A DNA stretch of 64,000 bases, taken from positions 2,042 to 66,041 of the forward strand of contig JBNJGS010000007.1 in assembly GCA_051747965.1 (NCBI GenBank), given 5' to 3'. The position numbers and the translations under genes are program-made. The notes below the pieces were generated by a model. That model was not told where the DNA came from and made no database searches. It saw only the letters and a program-made list of their open reading frames with translations. The stretch comes from Bacteroidota bacterium. Its GTDB lineage: Bacteria > Bacteroidota > Bacteroidia > Bacteroidales > ML635J-15. Below are positions 20,249 to 29,526 of this stretch, one piece after another (positions within the stretch are counted from its first letter, which is position 1; each line of letters opens with the position of its first letter).

Positions 20249-21015
20249 CAGGATACTTCGGTTTTGTAGCCACGGGCTTCCACCTGTCTGGCAATGGCTT
20301 TAAGTTTCTCTGTCCCAATCTGACTCACAGATTTATCAGGTGTATCCCTCGCAATGGAATAAATCATCACCAAATCCGGCCGGATTTTATCAAGTTCATC
20401 AAGCCAGGCAGCAATTTCAATCTCACTGGTATTGTCAACTACCTTCCCATCCTTTTCATAACGAATAAACATGGTCTGAATAATTTTTTTGCCAGGAAAA
20501 TTCCGGATATTCTCCAGATAGGTCGGGAAGTCGAAATGTCCCTGTGGTTGATTTATGGTACGAACAGATTTTTCAAATGCGGAGTCAAGTTTTAACAGAG
20601 CCATATCAATTTTCTGCAGGGCCATCCTCACACTGTCCTTGTGCAAGAGGGTAGCATTGGTAAGGACAGCAATCTTTGCACCGGGAAAATATGTTTCCCG
20701 GAGTTTCAGAACCTCACTGATGATACGGCTGAATTGTGGATGCATTGTGGGCTCACCATTGCCGGCAAAAGTAATGACATCAACAGGTACCTGTTCAACT
20801 GACAATTCCCGGAATTTATTTTCCATACTCTGGATGATATATTCTGCACCGGGCAGTTTTTCCGTACCGGAAAATGTCCATCCGCACTCACAATACACAC
20901 AATTAAAATTGCAAACTTTTTTATTCAGTGGCAGGAGATTTATCCCGAGTGAATTTCCAAGCCGGCGTGATTTTACCGGACCAAAAACAATATTATCAAA
21001 TAAAAATGTTGCCAT
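20248..21015 (-). CDS. Radical SAM protein (small, COG0731-like)
   Basis: FGPVKSRRLGNSLGIN followed by the CNFNCVYCECG CxxxCxxC cluster; 255 aa. Confidence 0.85.
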   Translation of the reverse strand: MATFLFDNIVFGPVKSRRLGNSLGINLLPLNKKVCNFNCVYCECGWTFSGTEKLPGAEYIIQSMENKFRELSVEQVPVDVITFAGNGEPTMHPQFSRIISEVLKLRETYFPGAKIAVLTNATLLHKDSVRMALQKIDMALLKLDSAFEKSVRTINQPQGHFDFPTYLENIRNFPGKKIIQTMFIRYEKDGKVVDNTSEIEIAAWLDELDKIRPDLVMIYSIARDTPDKSVSQIGTEKLKAIARQVEARGYKTEVS

Positions 21016-22187
21016 CAGATCAATGCTTTAATTTTCGTTTCAGGTGGAAAATAATTTTTATTTCCGCCCTCGATCAGATTAATTCCCGGTGTTTTTCCGG
21101 GCTTCAGACTGCCAAGATCATTCCAGCCAAGCGTTTTTGCAGGCACGCTGCTGATCCATTGCAACAGCTCGCTCAATGGAATATCCGGCTGAAGCCGGTG
21201 CACAAACAAGAGTTCGTCAAAGATAGACAATGATGAGGCGGAGAGCAAACTATCGGTACCGAGCATGAGTGGAAATCCTGAATTTCTAAGTAATTCCCAC
21301 GGTGGCTGCAATCCCGAAATGTTGTCATTGGAGCGGGGACACAAAACAAAGGCCGGGTTTTGCTGATTTTGTTCAGCCCATGCCCTGATATCTTTTAGAT
21401 CCGAAGTTTCAAGCAAAGTATTGTGAACCAGAAGCAATGTTTTCATCTCAGACATCAGATTGAACAATGTGCCGGAAACTTGGCTGATACCGGCTTTTGG
21501 ATGATAGGCATTATCAATTGTGCGGTACAATGCCAGCAAATCTCCGGATCCCTGATATAGTTCCGTTTCTTCAACACTTTCTTTAAAATGAACACTGCTC
21601 AAAGACTGAGGCCTGGCGAAAATTGATTGTAGTTTTTCAATATTGTCAATGCTTATTGCATATGGTGAATGCAGAGCCGGCAAAACCCTGTGTTCTTTAT
21701 CAATGGCTTTTATTTTTGCGTACAGGCTTTCCTGATCTGCAATTTTTTCTTCGCTCAGCATCATAAACTCAAAAAACACCAGCGATCTGATGTGCCGGTT
21801 TTCAGGGTGCAAGAAGGGAGAATCCGTGTTGGTGGTATCCACAAAAGCCCGGGTTCCTTTTTGCACAGCCTTTCGGATTTGCATTTGAATTTGCCAATCC
21901 TCCGGTGTGTCAGATTTTCGTCTTATGGTCCTGACATTCCTGATAAAATCAGCCATTCCTTTTTGACTGTTGTATGTTTGCCCTGAAAAGGAGAGTAAAA
22001 GGTGGGTATGTGCATTGATAAAGCCCGGAGTTAAAATACCGTTATAATATTCTGTACCTGCGGGTTCAGCTTTCTGTGGTCTAAAAAGAGACTGATCCAG
22101 AATTTTCCCTGTTTCGTCCAGGGTATAAACCGGATTTTCAATCCATTGATATCCGTCAAAAGCCAGACTTGCTGCAATCTTCCTCAT
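21015..22187 (-). CDS. Amidohydrolase-superfamily protein (chlorohydrolase / nucleoside deaminase-like)
   Basis: GFINAHTHLLLS HxH metal motif, later HFKES and C-terminal GTDS motifs; 390 aa. Confidence 0.8.
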   Translation of the reverse strand: MRKIAASLAFDGYQWIENPVYTLDETGKILDQSLFRPQKAEPAGTEYYNGILTPGFINAHTHLLLSFSGQTYNSQKGMADFIRNVRTIRRKSDTPEDWQIQMQIRKAVQKGTRAFVDTTNTDSPFLHPENRHIRSLVFFEFMMLSEEKIADQESLYAKIKAIDKEHRVLPALHSPYAISIDNIEKLQSIFARPQSLSSVHFKESVEETELYQGSGDLLALYRTIDNAYHPKAGISQVSGTLFNLMSEMKTLLLVHNTLLETSDLKDIRAWAEQNQQNPAFVLCPRSNDNISGLQPPWELLRNSGFPLMLGTDSLLSASSLSIFDELLFVHRLQPDIPLSELLQWISSVPAKTLGWNDLGSLKPGKTPGINLIEGGNKNYFPPETKIKALI

Positions 22188-22768
22188 TGTTTATCCTTTT
22201 CTTTGTAGGAGTAGGTAATATTCAGACCTGAATCCCTGTCCTGAGATTTTTCCCTGTTATCCGGATATCCACAACGAGAACAGACTTTCTCTCCAGGTTT
22301 CATTTCAGCACCACAATTGATACATACAGGATTCCGGGCTTCCTGTTCCAGTCTCTCAACTTCTTTTTTTACATATGATTCGATCAGGCGCCTGACCATG
22401 CCATTGACAATCAGTAGATTAAAAGTATAAACCACAATAAGAGCCACAGCTCCGATGATCAGGCTGTTAATAATGGTACTGTTGGTGATAAACATGGAGA
22501 TAAAGACAATTCCCAAAACAAGGATAAGCGCAGGAACCATGTCAATGCGGTAAAATAGTTTTTTCTTTTCAAAGGAAATAGTAACTCCAAAACTCAGAAA
22601 TCCAAAAACCCGTTCAAAGCTAAAGCTGAAACTTGTTCTTTGATCTCCGGATAATGCATATTTTCTACCGATCTGCCGTTTCAAACGGATGAAATCTGAT
22701 TGAGAAAAACGGAAATCCGGGTACTCAAAGGATGTAAAGCTGGTTTTATAATCAAGGGGAAATGCCAC
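22184..22768 (-). CDS. Hypothetical membrane protein with a C-terminal zinc ribbon
   Basis: Two central TM helices, then CINCGAEMKPGEKVCSRCGY (CxxC-N11-CxxC); 194 aa. Confidence 0.55.
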   Translation of the reverse strand: MAFPLDYKTSFTSFEYPDFRFSQSDFIRLKRQIGRKYALSGDQRTSFSFSFERVFGFLSFGVTISFEKKKLFYRIDMVPALILVLGIVFISMFITNSTIINSLIIGAVALIVVYTFNLLIVNGMVRRLIESYVKKEVERLEQEARNPVCINCGAEMKPGEKVCSRCGYPDNREKSQDRDSGLNITYSYKEKDKQ

Positions 22769-23137
22769 TTATTCCTGTAGTTTTTGTGTTAACGCTGCTT
22801 TTTCTTCGCCAAGATCGGCCAAAACCTCATCATATAATTTCTGTAATTCATCAATATCGTTGACCGTATAATATCTGATTGTTCTGTTGAACTGATCTTC
22901 ATCAACATCGTATTTTTGAAAGACAGAATAATACAATTCTTCTTTTGCCAGGTCCTTGTCAATCACACTGCTGATTACGGCAGCATCAACTTTGTGAACA
23001 TCAACAAGGATTTTCACCAGGGTATCCTGATGGATCAGGTCATCCGGTTTGTCAATCATTTCTTTATTATTGTGACAGGAAAGCATTGACATCAGGAAGA
23101 TGGTAAATATTAAAATAATTGGCAGGTATTTATTCAT
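22769..23137 (-). CDS. DUF4296-like lipoprotein
   Basis: Signal peptide plus Cys (MLSCHNN), then the L.DVHKVDAAV pattern I associate with DUF4296; 122 aa. Confidence 0.65.
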   Translation of the reverse strand: MNKYLPIILIFTIFLMSMLSCHNNKEMIDKPDDLIHQDTLVKILVDVHKVDAAVISSVIDKDLAKEELYYSVFQKYDVDEDQFNRTIRYYTVNDIDELQKLYDEVLADLGEEKAALTQKLQE

Positions 23138-23883
23138 TGATTGATAAGTTTTTTTGTCATTTCAGATGCAAAAACGAAATCATTGAATTCCTTATTGCGG
23201 GAATCGAATATTTCATGTTTGTTTCCTTCCCACCATTTTTCTCCTTCATACAAAAAGATAATATTTTCACCGATTTGCATCACCGAATTCATATCGTGTG
23301 TATTGATGATGGTTGTCATCTGGTATTCCTTAGTGATTTCAGCAATCAGTTCATCGATTCTGATGGCCGTACGTGGATCCAATCCGGAGTTGGGTTCATC
23401 ACAGAGCAGGTATTTTGGATTGGTCACGATTGCTCTTGCTATGGCGACACGTTTCTGCATTCCGCCGGAAATTTCTGAAGGAAATGCTTCATGGGCACCA
23501 GCGACTCCTACCCTATCGAGGCACTCATCCACACGCTTAATTTTTTCTTTTTTGCTTTGCTTAGTCAGCATATCAAGCGGGAACCGGACATTATCCTCTA
23601 TGGACTCTGAAGTAAACAATGCACCACCCTGGAATACCATTCCGATATTTCGTCTGATTTTTTGTCTCAGCCTGGAACCAGCAGCAACAATATCCACGTC
23701 GTCATAATAAATACTGCCTTTGTCTACTTCAATTAAGCCGACAATGGATTTCAGCAATACAGTTTTACCGGAGCCACTCTGCCCAATGATAAGGTTTGTT
23801 TTTCCAGCATGAAATTCTCCGGAGACACCTTTTAGAACCCGATTACCGGGAAACTCTTTATGTACGTTTTCAGCCTTTATCAT
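23134..23883 (-). CDS. ABC transporter ATP-binding protein (MlaF-like)
   Basis: Walker A GQSGSGKT, signature ISGGMQKRVAIARA, Walker B LLCDEP. Confidence 0.9.
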   Translation of the reverse strand: MIKAENVHKEFPGNRVLKGVSGEFHAGKTNLIIGQSGSGKTVLLKSIVGLIEVDKGSIYYDDVDIVAAGSRLRQKIRRNIGMVFQGGALFTSESIEDNVRFPLDMLTKQSKKEKIKRVDECLDRVGVAGAHEAFPSEISGGMQKRVAIARAIVTNPKYLLCDEPNSGLDPRTAIRIDELIAEITKEYQMTTIINTHDMNSVMQIGENIIFLYEGEKWWEGNKHEIFDSRNKEFNDFVFASEMTKKLINQ

Positions 23884-24620
23884 ATGAGCATCAGTTGGGT
23901 TATAATCAGGTTAAATATCAATACAAGCACGATGCTTGCCACAACTGCTCTGGTACTGCTTTTCCCTACTTCAAGTGCTCCCCCGGAAGTAAAAAAACCG
24001 TAATATGCCGAAACGGTGGTGATGATAAAAGCATAGAATATCATCTTCACAAGAGAATAGAGAATATAATAGGGTTTAAAGAATAAATGCAAGCCATCAA
24101 TATAATCATGCAGGGAAACTACACCGGTCAATAGAGCCACACCCAGTCCACCGGCAATACCAAGGATATTTGAAACCATGGTAAGCAGAGGAAAAAACAA
24201 GAGTGCACCAATGAGTTTGGGCAAGATAAGATAGGAGGCTGAATTCACACCCATAATTTCCAGCGCATCCACCTGTTCTGTAATCTGCATTGTACCAATT
24301 TCAGATGCAATATTCGAACCCACTTTTCCGGCAAGAATCAAACAAATGATTGTGGAAGAAAACTCCAGGATCATGGTATCCCGTACAGTAAGGCCGACAA
24401 GATAATTGGGAATTAGCGGGTGTACAAAATTAATTCCCACCTGCAGTGTAAGCACCGCACCCATAAAAACAGATACGATGGCAACAATTCCCAGGGAGTC
24501 AAGGCCAATATACAGCAATTCCCTGAAGCTCTGACGTCTGTACATAGAGGCTTTTTCCGGCCGGGCGAACACCTTCCGCATCAAAGCCATATAGCGTCCG
24601 AAATGATAAAACAGCTTCAT
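23880..24620 (-). CDS. MlaE-family ABC transporter permease
   Basis: 246-aa polytopic membrane protein directly upstream of, and overlapping, the MlaF-like ATPase. Confidence 0.85.
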   Translation of the reverse strand: MKLFYHFGRYMALMRKVFARPEKASMYRRQSFRELLYIGLDSLGIVAIVSVFMGAVLTLQVGINFVHPLIPNYLVGLTVRDTMILEFSSTIICLILAGKVGSNIASEIGTMQITEQVDALEIMGVNSASYLILPKLIGALLFFPLLTMVSNILGIAGGLGVALLTGVVSLHDYIDGLHLFFKPYYILYSLVKMIFYAFIITTVSAYYGFFTSGGALEVGKSSTRAVVASIVLVLIFNLIITQLMLI

Positions 24621-24825
24621 ACGTACAAAGTTAACAAAAGCTGGAAATAAATAATATTTGTTTTCTTATCAGTAAGAAAATTGAAACATAAAAGCAATCA
24701 AGTGGTCCACACAGGCACCGGCATATGTTATACATCACATTTTTTATGATTCAGGCATATTGTACGCTTCAGGTTTCACGAGCTGGAATATTTTTTATTA
24801 TTTTAAGGTTCTAATTCTACTGTAT

Positions 24826-25914
24826 ATGAAAAACATGAATTATTGTGTAATAATGGCCGGAGGCATCGGGAGCCGTTTCTGGCCCGTGAGCACAAGTAAA
24901 GTTCCCAAACAGTTCATTGACATCCTGGGTGTTGGCAAAAGTTTACTACAGCTAACCTTTGACAGATTCAGAGATCTGATACCACAGGAGAACATAATTA
25001 TTGTGACCAGCCAGCAATACAAAGACCTTGTCATAAAGCAACTTCCTGGTCTGCCGGAAGAAAACATCCTGACAGAGCCAATGCGCAGAAACACAGCACC
25101 ATGTATCAGTTATGCCAATCATGTCATCCAATCCCGTACACCCCGGGCCAATGTTGTGGTTACCCCTGCAGACCATTTAATTATAGATGAAAGAGCTTTC
25201 ACAAAAAACATCAGCGAGGGTCTGGATTTTGTCAATAACAGAAATGTGCTGCTTACCATAGGCATAAAACCCACCCGTCCGGATACAGGATACGGCTACA
25301 TTCAGCTACATAAAAAATCTACATTTGATGAGCGTTTTAATATTGTCAAAACGTTTACAGAGAAACCAAATCAGGAACTTGCGGAATTTTTTGTGGAGAG
25401 TGGAGAGTTTCTCTGGAATGCCGGTATATTTATCTGGTCATTGTCCAGCATCAATAAGGCAATGAATGAGCATCTTCCGGAGATACACAATCTTTTTACC
25501 GAAGGGAAAGATATTTTTGGGACAGAAGATGAATCTGATTTTATCAATGAGGTTTACACGGAGTGCAAAAACATATCGATTGACTATGGTGTCATGGAAA
25601 AGGCCAAAAATGTGTATACTCTCTGTGCCGATTTCGGCTGGTCCGACCTTGGAACATGGAAGAGCCTGTACGAGAACAGCAACAAAGATGAAACACATAA
25701 TGTCATCACAGGCAGCAAGCATGTCATTACCAACAACACCCACGGTTGCCTGATTCATACCAGGGCAGACAAGCTGGCCGTGATCAACAATATGGAGAAT
25801 TATATCATTGTTGACTCAGGCGATGCCCTCCTGATTAACCGCTTTGAAGACGAGCAGGAAATTAAGGAAATTGTTACTGAGATAAAACGGCGTTATGGTG
25901 AGGATAAAGCCTGA
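24826..25914 (+). CDS. manC: Mannose-1-phosphate guanylyltransferase
   Basis: Start moved to an ATG (24826 or 24835) just before VIMAGGIGSRFWPVS, the nucleotidyltransferase G-loop. Confidence 0.85.
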   Translation: MKNMNYCVIMAGGIGSRFWPVSTSKVPKQFIDILGVGKSLLQLTFDRFRDLIPQENIIIVTSQQYKDLVIKQLPGLPEENILTEPMRRNTAPCISYANHVIQSRTPRANVVVTPADHLIIDERAFTKNISEGLDFVNNRNVLLTIGIKPTRPDTGYGYIQLHKKSTFDERFNIVKTFTEKPNQELAEFFVESGEFLWNAGIFIWSLSSINKAMNEHLPEIHNLFTEGKDIFGTEDESDFINEVYTECKNISIDYGVMEKAKNVYTLCADFGWSDLGTWKSLYENSNKDETHNVITGSKHVITNNTHGCLIHTRADKLAVINNMENYIIVDSGDALLINRFEDEQEIKEIVTEIKRRYGEDKA

Positions 25915-25933
25915 ATATTCTGATTTCTCATCA

Positions 25934-25971
25934 CAAAAAAAAACCGCACATTCACATGTACGGTTTTTTTT
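25934..25971. terminator. Bidirectional terminator between manC and gldN
   Basis: A-run, imperfect stem AACCGCACAT / ATGTACGGTT (one mismatch), then T-run. Confidence 0.6.
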
Positions 25972-25991
25972 ATTTCATATGCGACAAAACA

Positions 25992-26900
25992 TTAATATTC
26001 CCACAAATCGTGTTCGTACCTGAAGAGCTCTTCTTCAATACGTTTTCCTTCATGCATTGCATCAATACCCAGGAGGTAGTCCCGGATAAATCTGTTGTCA
26101 TAAACGTTGCTTTCCAGAATGACATATGATTCAAATCTTCTTTTAAAGAAGATATCATCAAAAGTTCTGCGTTCTGAATCGTTGAGGGTATTAAACACTT
26201 CATATTTGGCAAAGAGGTCTCTGTAATGCGGGAAATAAATCCAGAACAATCTCCTTGTAAAATTTTCACCACGGAGGTTGGTATACGTAGCTACCGGAGC
26301 CATGGCAATAATTCTCACGTCCATAACTGAACGTTGTTTGTCAAAGAACCATTCTTCCCACAGTATCACAGATTTAACATCCCTTTTATTGATTGTTCTC
26401 TGTCTTGTGACATTGACCAATTCACCTGTAATGGTATCCCTTATTTGCGCCTCTTCAGAATAGGTAAGCACTTCTTTCCTAGCAGTAGTATCATCCAGGG
26501 GAATTGGTTTTTTGTACCAATTCGTAAAATCATTGGGATCAAAGGTAAATATTGGTTTTCTCTGATTTTCAGAAGGGCTCAGTGCACCAATATCATACAT
26601 CAAATAAGTAAGATTCACGCGTTGTCTGTCAGGTTGTTTGCCTGCAGGGTAATCCATAGGCTGCAAGGGAAAATACAGGACATGATTGATTTTTTCATCC
26701 AGATCAATTTTGCGCAGAATCTTTTTTGAATACATCGCATCTGCTTCCCGGACATGCTGATAAGGGACAGGTTCACGCTTGGGAACATGTTCTCTGACGA
26801 AAGCTCCATCGAGTATATCAGTTTCCTGTGCATTAACATTCAGGCCGAGGCCGGATGCTAAGAGTAATGCGATAAGGAGAAAAATGCTTTGTCGTTTCAT
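25992..26900 (-). CDS. gldN: Gliding motility / T9SS protein GldN (PorN)
   Basis: Signal peptide; position immediately after gldM in the porP-gldKLMN order; 302 aa. Confidence 0.85.
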   Translation of the reverse strand: MKRQSIFLLIALLLASGLGLNVNAQETDILDGAFVREHVPKREPVPYQHVREADAMYSKKILRKIDLDEKINHVLYFPLQPMDYPAGKQPDRQRVNLTYLMYDIGALSPSENQRKPIFTFDPNDFTNWYKKPIPLDDTTARKEVLTYSEEAQIRDTITGELVNVTRQRTINKRDVKSVILWEEWFFDKQRSVMDVRIIAMAPVATYTNLRGENFTRRLFWIYFPHYRDLFAKYEVFNTLNDSERRTFDDIFFKRRFESYVILESNVYDNRFIRDYLLGIDAMHEGKRIEEELFRYEHDLWEY

Positions 26901-26901
26901 A

Positions 26902-28533
26902 TTATTTGAGTTCTAAAGTTATCGGAGCTGTTTGGCGTACGCCTGATGGTCCTTTCACTTTTATTGATTCAAAGTTAATCTGGGTACCACGACCCAGGGC
27001 CTGCAGTGCTTGTTTGGCTTCTGCATTCAGGCGGTTTCCGTTTACCTGAATTCTGGCTTTCTGACCGCGTACTTTGTATGCAAAGCTAAAGCTAACAACA
27101 TCAAAACGAACTTTGAAGGGGAAAAATTGTGAACCCAGGTCAGCCATCAGTATACCATCCATCAGGTCATCTTTGTAAACGGGACCTTCGTTTTGTGTTC
27201 CGTTAAGCTTGGCAAGCGGTGTAGGTACATTCAACACCCTGAACTTTTTGGTTCCGAGGTTTTGTTTGCCACCGTCATCTGTTTCAACTGAAACTGAAAT
27301 GCTGACTTCTCTTGCTGTAGGACTGGTAATGCGAGCTACGTAAGCATCTCCTCTGGGGACAAGTCTTCCACCACCGGACATAAAAGCCGAAACTTTTTCT
27401 TTTGGATAACCTGCCACGGATACTTCCACGGGATTATCAATACCTCTGTAAAACACATTCAGGCCTGAGGGTGAAATGGCAAAACCGGTTTCACCAACCA
27501 GATATTCGGACTCGAAAGGCAATTTGATCACGCCGGTTTTTGAGTTCCACTCAATAAATCCACCAAAAGATTTGGCACCAACATTCTGGATATTTTCCAG
27601 GGTGTATATACCTTTTCCTTCTTCAATAGGCATGGTGTCATAATCCACACCCATCTGTCCGCGCATCTCGTATTCATTGTTTTCAGCGTCAACTGTATCA
27701 AAATACGGATAACTTGTGCTATAATAAACAGTTGGTTTCATACTGGTATCTCTGGCAGCAATAAAAACTTCGGCATGATAATCACCGCCTTTGACCACGT
27801 ATGAGCTTTTCGCATTTACAATTGCGTCAACATCATTTATGGTAATATCAAGTTCATCCACACCGACGATGAGTCGTTCAACCATATCGGCTTCGGTATT
27901 ACGCACATCAGACTGGAGTTTTGTCATCATAGCGACTGATCCGACCAGAGGCATCGCAAGGAACAATTTCTGTTCCCATGTTCTTTTTTCCTCAGGATTG
28001 GAAAAATCATCTTCTGTTGACAAACTGGAAGTAATGCTGCTATACAAGGAAGAAGAGGTGTCCTCGACATGAGTCAGGAGCAGTTCTCTGTACTGGTTCA
28101 CCCACATTTTCAGGCTGTCCCCCTTCTGAGGCCCGCCATCACTGAGCATGATTTCCGGTGCAGCATTCACATCATCTTTCTTTTTAATATGTTCAACAGA
28201 CTTATATTCACCATCAGATTTAATGATGAGTTCTCTTTTCAGTCTTTCAATATTTTTAACCAATTCATTGCTATTTTCTCTAATTTCCATAGCCTTGTTA
28301 TACACACCCTGATATTTTTCGGGCTGAACTTCCTTGAGTCCTTCCAGCTTTCCGTAGAGCGTGGTGGTTTTATCATGAAAGTTTTCTGTAGTCTGCGCAA
28401 GGCTATCATTAACGAGTACAAAAGCATTGACAATCTCTCCTGACACATTGAGTGCGAGCAATGCGGTATAGAAGAGGTACATCATACCAATCATCTTTTG
28501 TCTCGGGGTTTCTGGACAATTTGCGGTTCCCAT
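26902..28533 (-). CDS. gldM: Gliding motility / T9SS motor protein GldM (PorM)
   Basis: N-terminal TPRQKMIGMMYLFYTALLALNVS matches the conserved GldM TM region; 543 aa. Confidence 0.85.
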   Translation of the reverse strand: MGTANCPETPRQKMIGMMYLFYTALLALNVSGEIVNAFVLVNDSLAQTTENFHDKTTTLYGKLEGLKEVQPEKYQGVYNKAMEIRENSNELVKNIERLKRELIIKSDGEYKSVEHIKKKDDVNAAPEIMLSDGGPQKGDSLKMWVNQYRELLLTHVEDTSSSLYSSITSSLSTEDDFSNPEEKRTWEQKLFLAMPLVGSVAMMTKLQSDVRNTEADMVERLIVGVDELDITINDVDAIVNAKSSYVVKGGDYHAEVFIAARDTSMKPTVYYSTSYPYFDTVDAENNEYEMRGQMGVDYDTMPIEEGKGIYTLENIQNVGAKSFGGFIEWNSKTGVIKLPFESEYLVGETGFAISPSGLNVFYRGIDNPVEVSVAGYPKEKVSAFMSGGGRLVPRGDAYVARITSPTAREVSISVSVETDDGGKQNLGTKKFRVLNVPTPLAKLNGTQNEGPVYKDDLMDGILMADLGSQFFPFKVRFDVVSFSFAYKVRGQKARIQVNGNRLNAEAKQALQALGRGTQINFESIKVKGPSGVRQTAPITLELK

Positions 28534-28565
28534 AATTACATATTTTCAAATTACAACTTAAAAAA

Positions 28566-29492
28566 TTAGTCTTTCTTCACTGTCATGGCTGAGAGCATGT
28601 TACCATACACTGTATTCAATGCTGACAGATTTGAACCAAGCCGGGAGACTTCATCGCGGAAACGTTTTGTGTCATCCACGGTGTTTTCAAGGTTTTCCAT
28701 AACCTCATTCAGTCCGCCGTAAAGTTCTTTAGATTTTTCAAGTTGTTCATTTGTACCTTTAAGCTGTAATTCATAAGCAGCATTCAAGGCAGTCAAATTT
28801 TTGGTCATATTTTCAAGTTGCTCACCATAACTGTTAGTAGAGCCGGTTGTTTTCTTGAATTCTTCATTCATTGACTCCGTGAGATTACGGTAAGATTCGG
28901 CAAGATCTTTGCCACTTTCGCCTACCATATCAGCAGATTCATTGTAAGTTGATGACAATTTTTCTGCAGATTGGTTGAGTTTTTGTGCTGATGAGCCATA
29001 GTTATCAGCAAATTCGTTTACTTTTTCAGAAGCTTTTTCAAAGTTGGCAACATAGTTATTTGTTGCGGCGGTAGCATCTGAAACATCCTGAAGCTTTTCA
29101 GCTGTTGAGCTCATTTTGTGCAATCCGTCTCCCAGTTTCTCAAAGAGTTCAGGTGAGATTTCTGCACTTTCAATCATCGCATCAAAGCGTTCAAGAGCAG
29201 TTTTCTTGGATTGTACCGCTGATTTTTTATCATCTGCATCAATGGCTTCATCAATACCGGCAAGTTCCGGATAGACAATACTCCAGTCATACTCTTCATG
29301 TGGTGGTTCGAAAGCCGAGAGGAAGAAAATCAAAGCCTCAGTTGTCAAACCAATAATAAGCATTACACTGGCTCCTGGATAGTGCTCAATTTTGAACAAT
29401 GCACCCAGTAATACGATGGCTGCACCCCACCCGTAAATAAAGCCCATTACTTTCTGGTACTTTTTACTTCTAACTAATTCGGAAAAATTCAT
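28566..29492 (-). CDS. gldL: Gliding motility / T9SS motor protein GldL (PorL)
   Basis: N-terminal KVMGFIYGWGAAIVLLGALFKIEHYPGA and a second TM helix, then a coiled-coil-like cytoplasmic tail; 308 aa. Confidence 0.85.
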   Translation of the reverse strand: MNFSELVRSKKYQKVMGFIYGWGAAIVLLGALFKIEHYPGASVMLIIGLTTEALIFFLSAFEPPHEEYDWSIVYPELAGIDEAIDADDKKSAVQSKKTALERFDAMIESAEISPELFEKLGDGLHKMSSTAEKLQDVSDATAATNNYVANFEKASEKVNEFADNYGSSAQKLNQSAEKLSSTYNESADMVGESGKDLAESYRNLTESMNEEFKKTTGSTNSYGEQLENMTKNLTALNAAYELQLKGTNEQLEKSKELYGGLNEVMENLENTVDDTKRFRDEVSRLGSNLSALNTVYGNMLSAMTVKKD

Positions 29493-29526
29493 AGTTGCGA
29501 TGTTTTTTTTGTTAATCCTCTATTTA

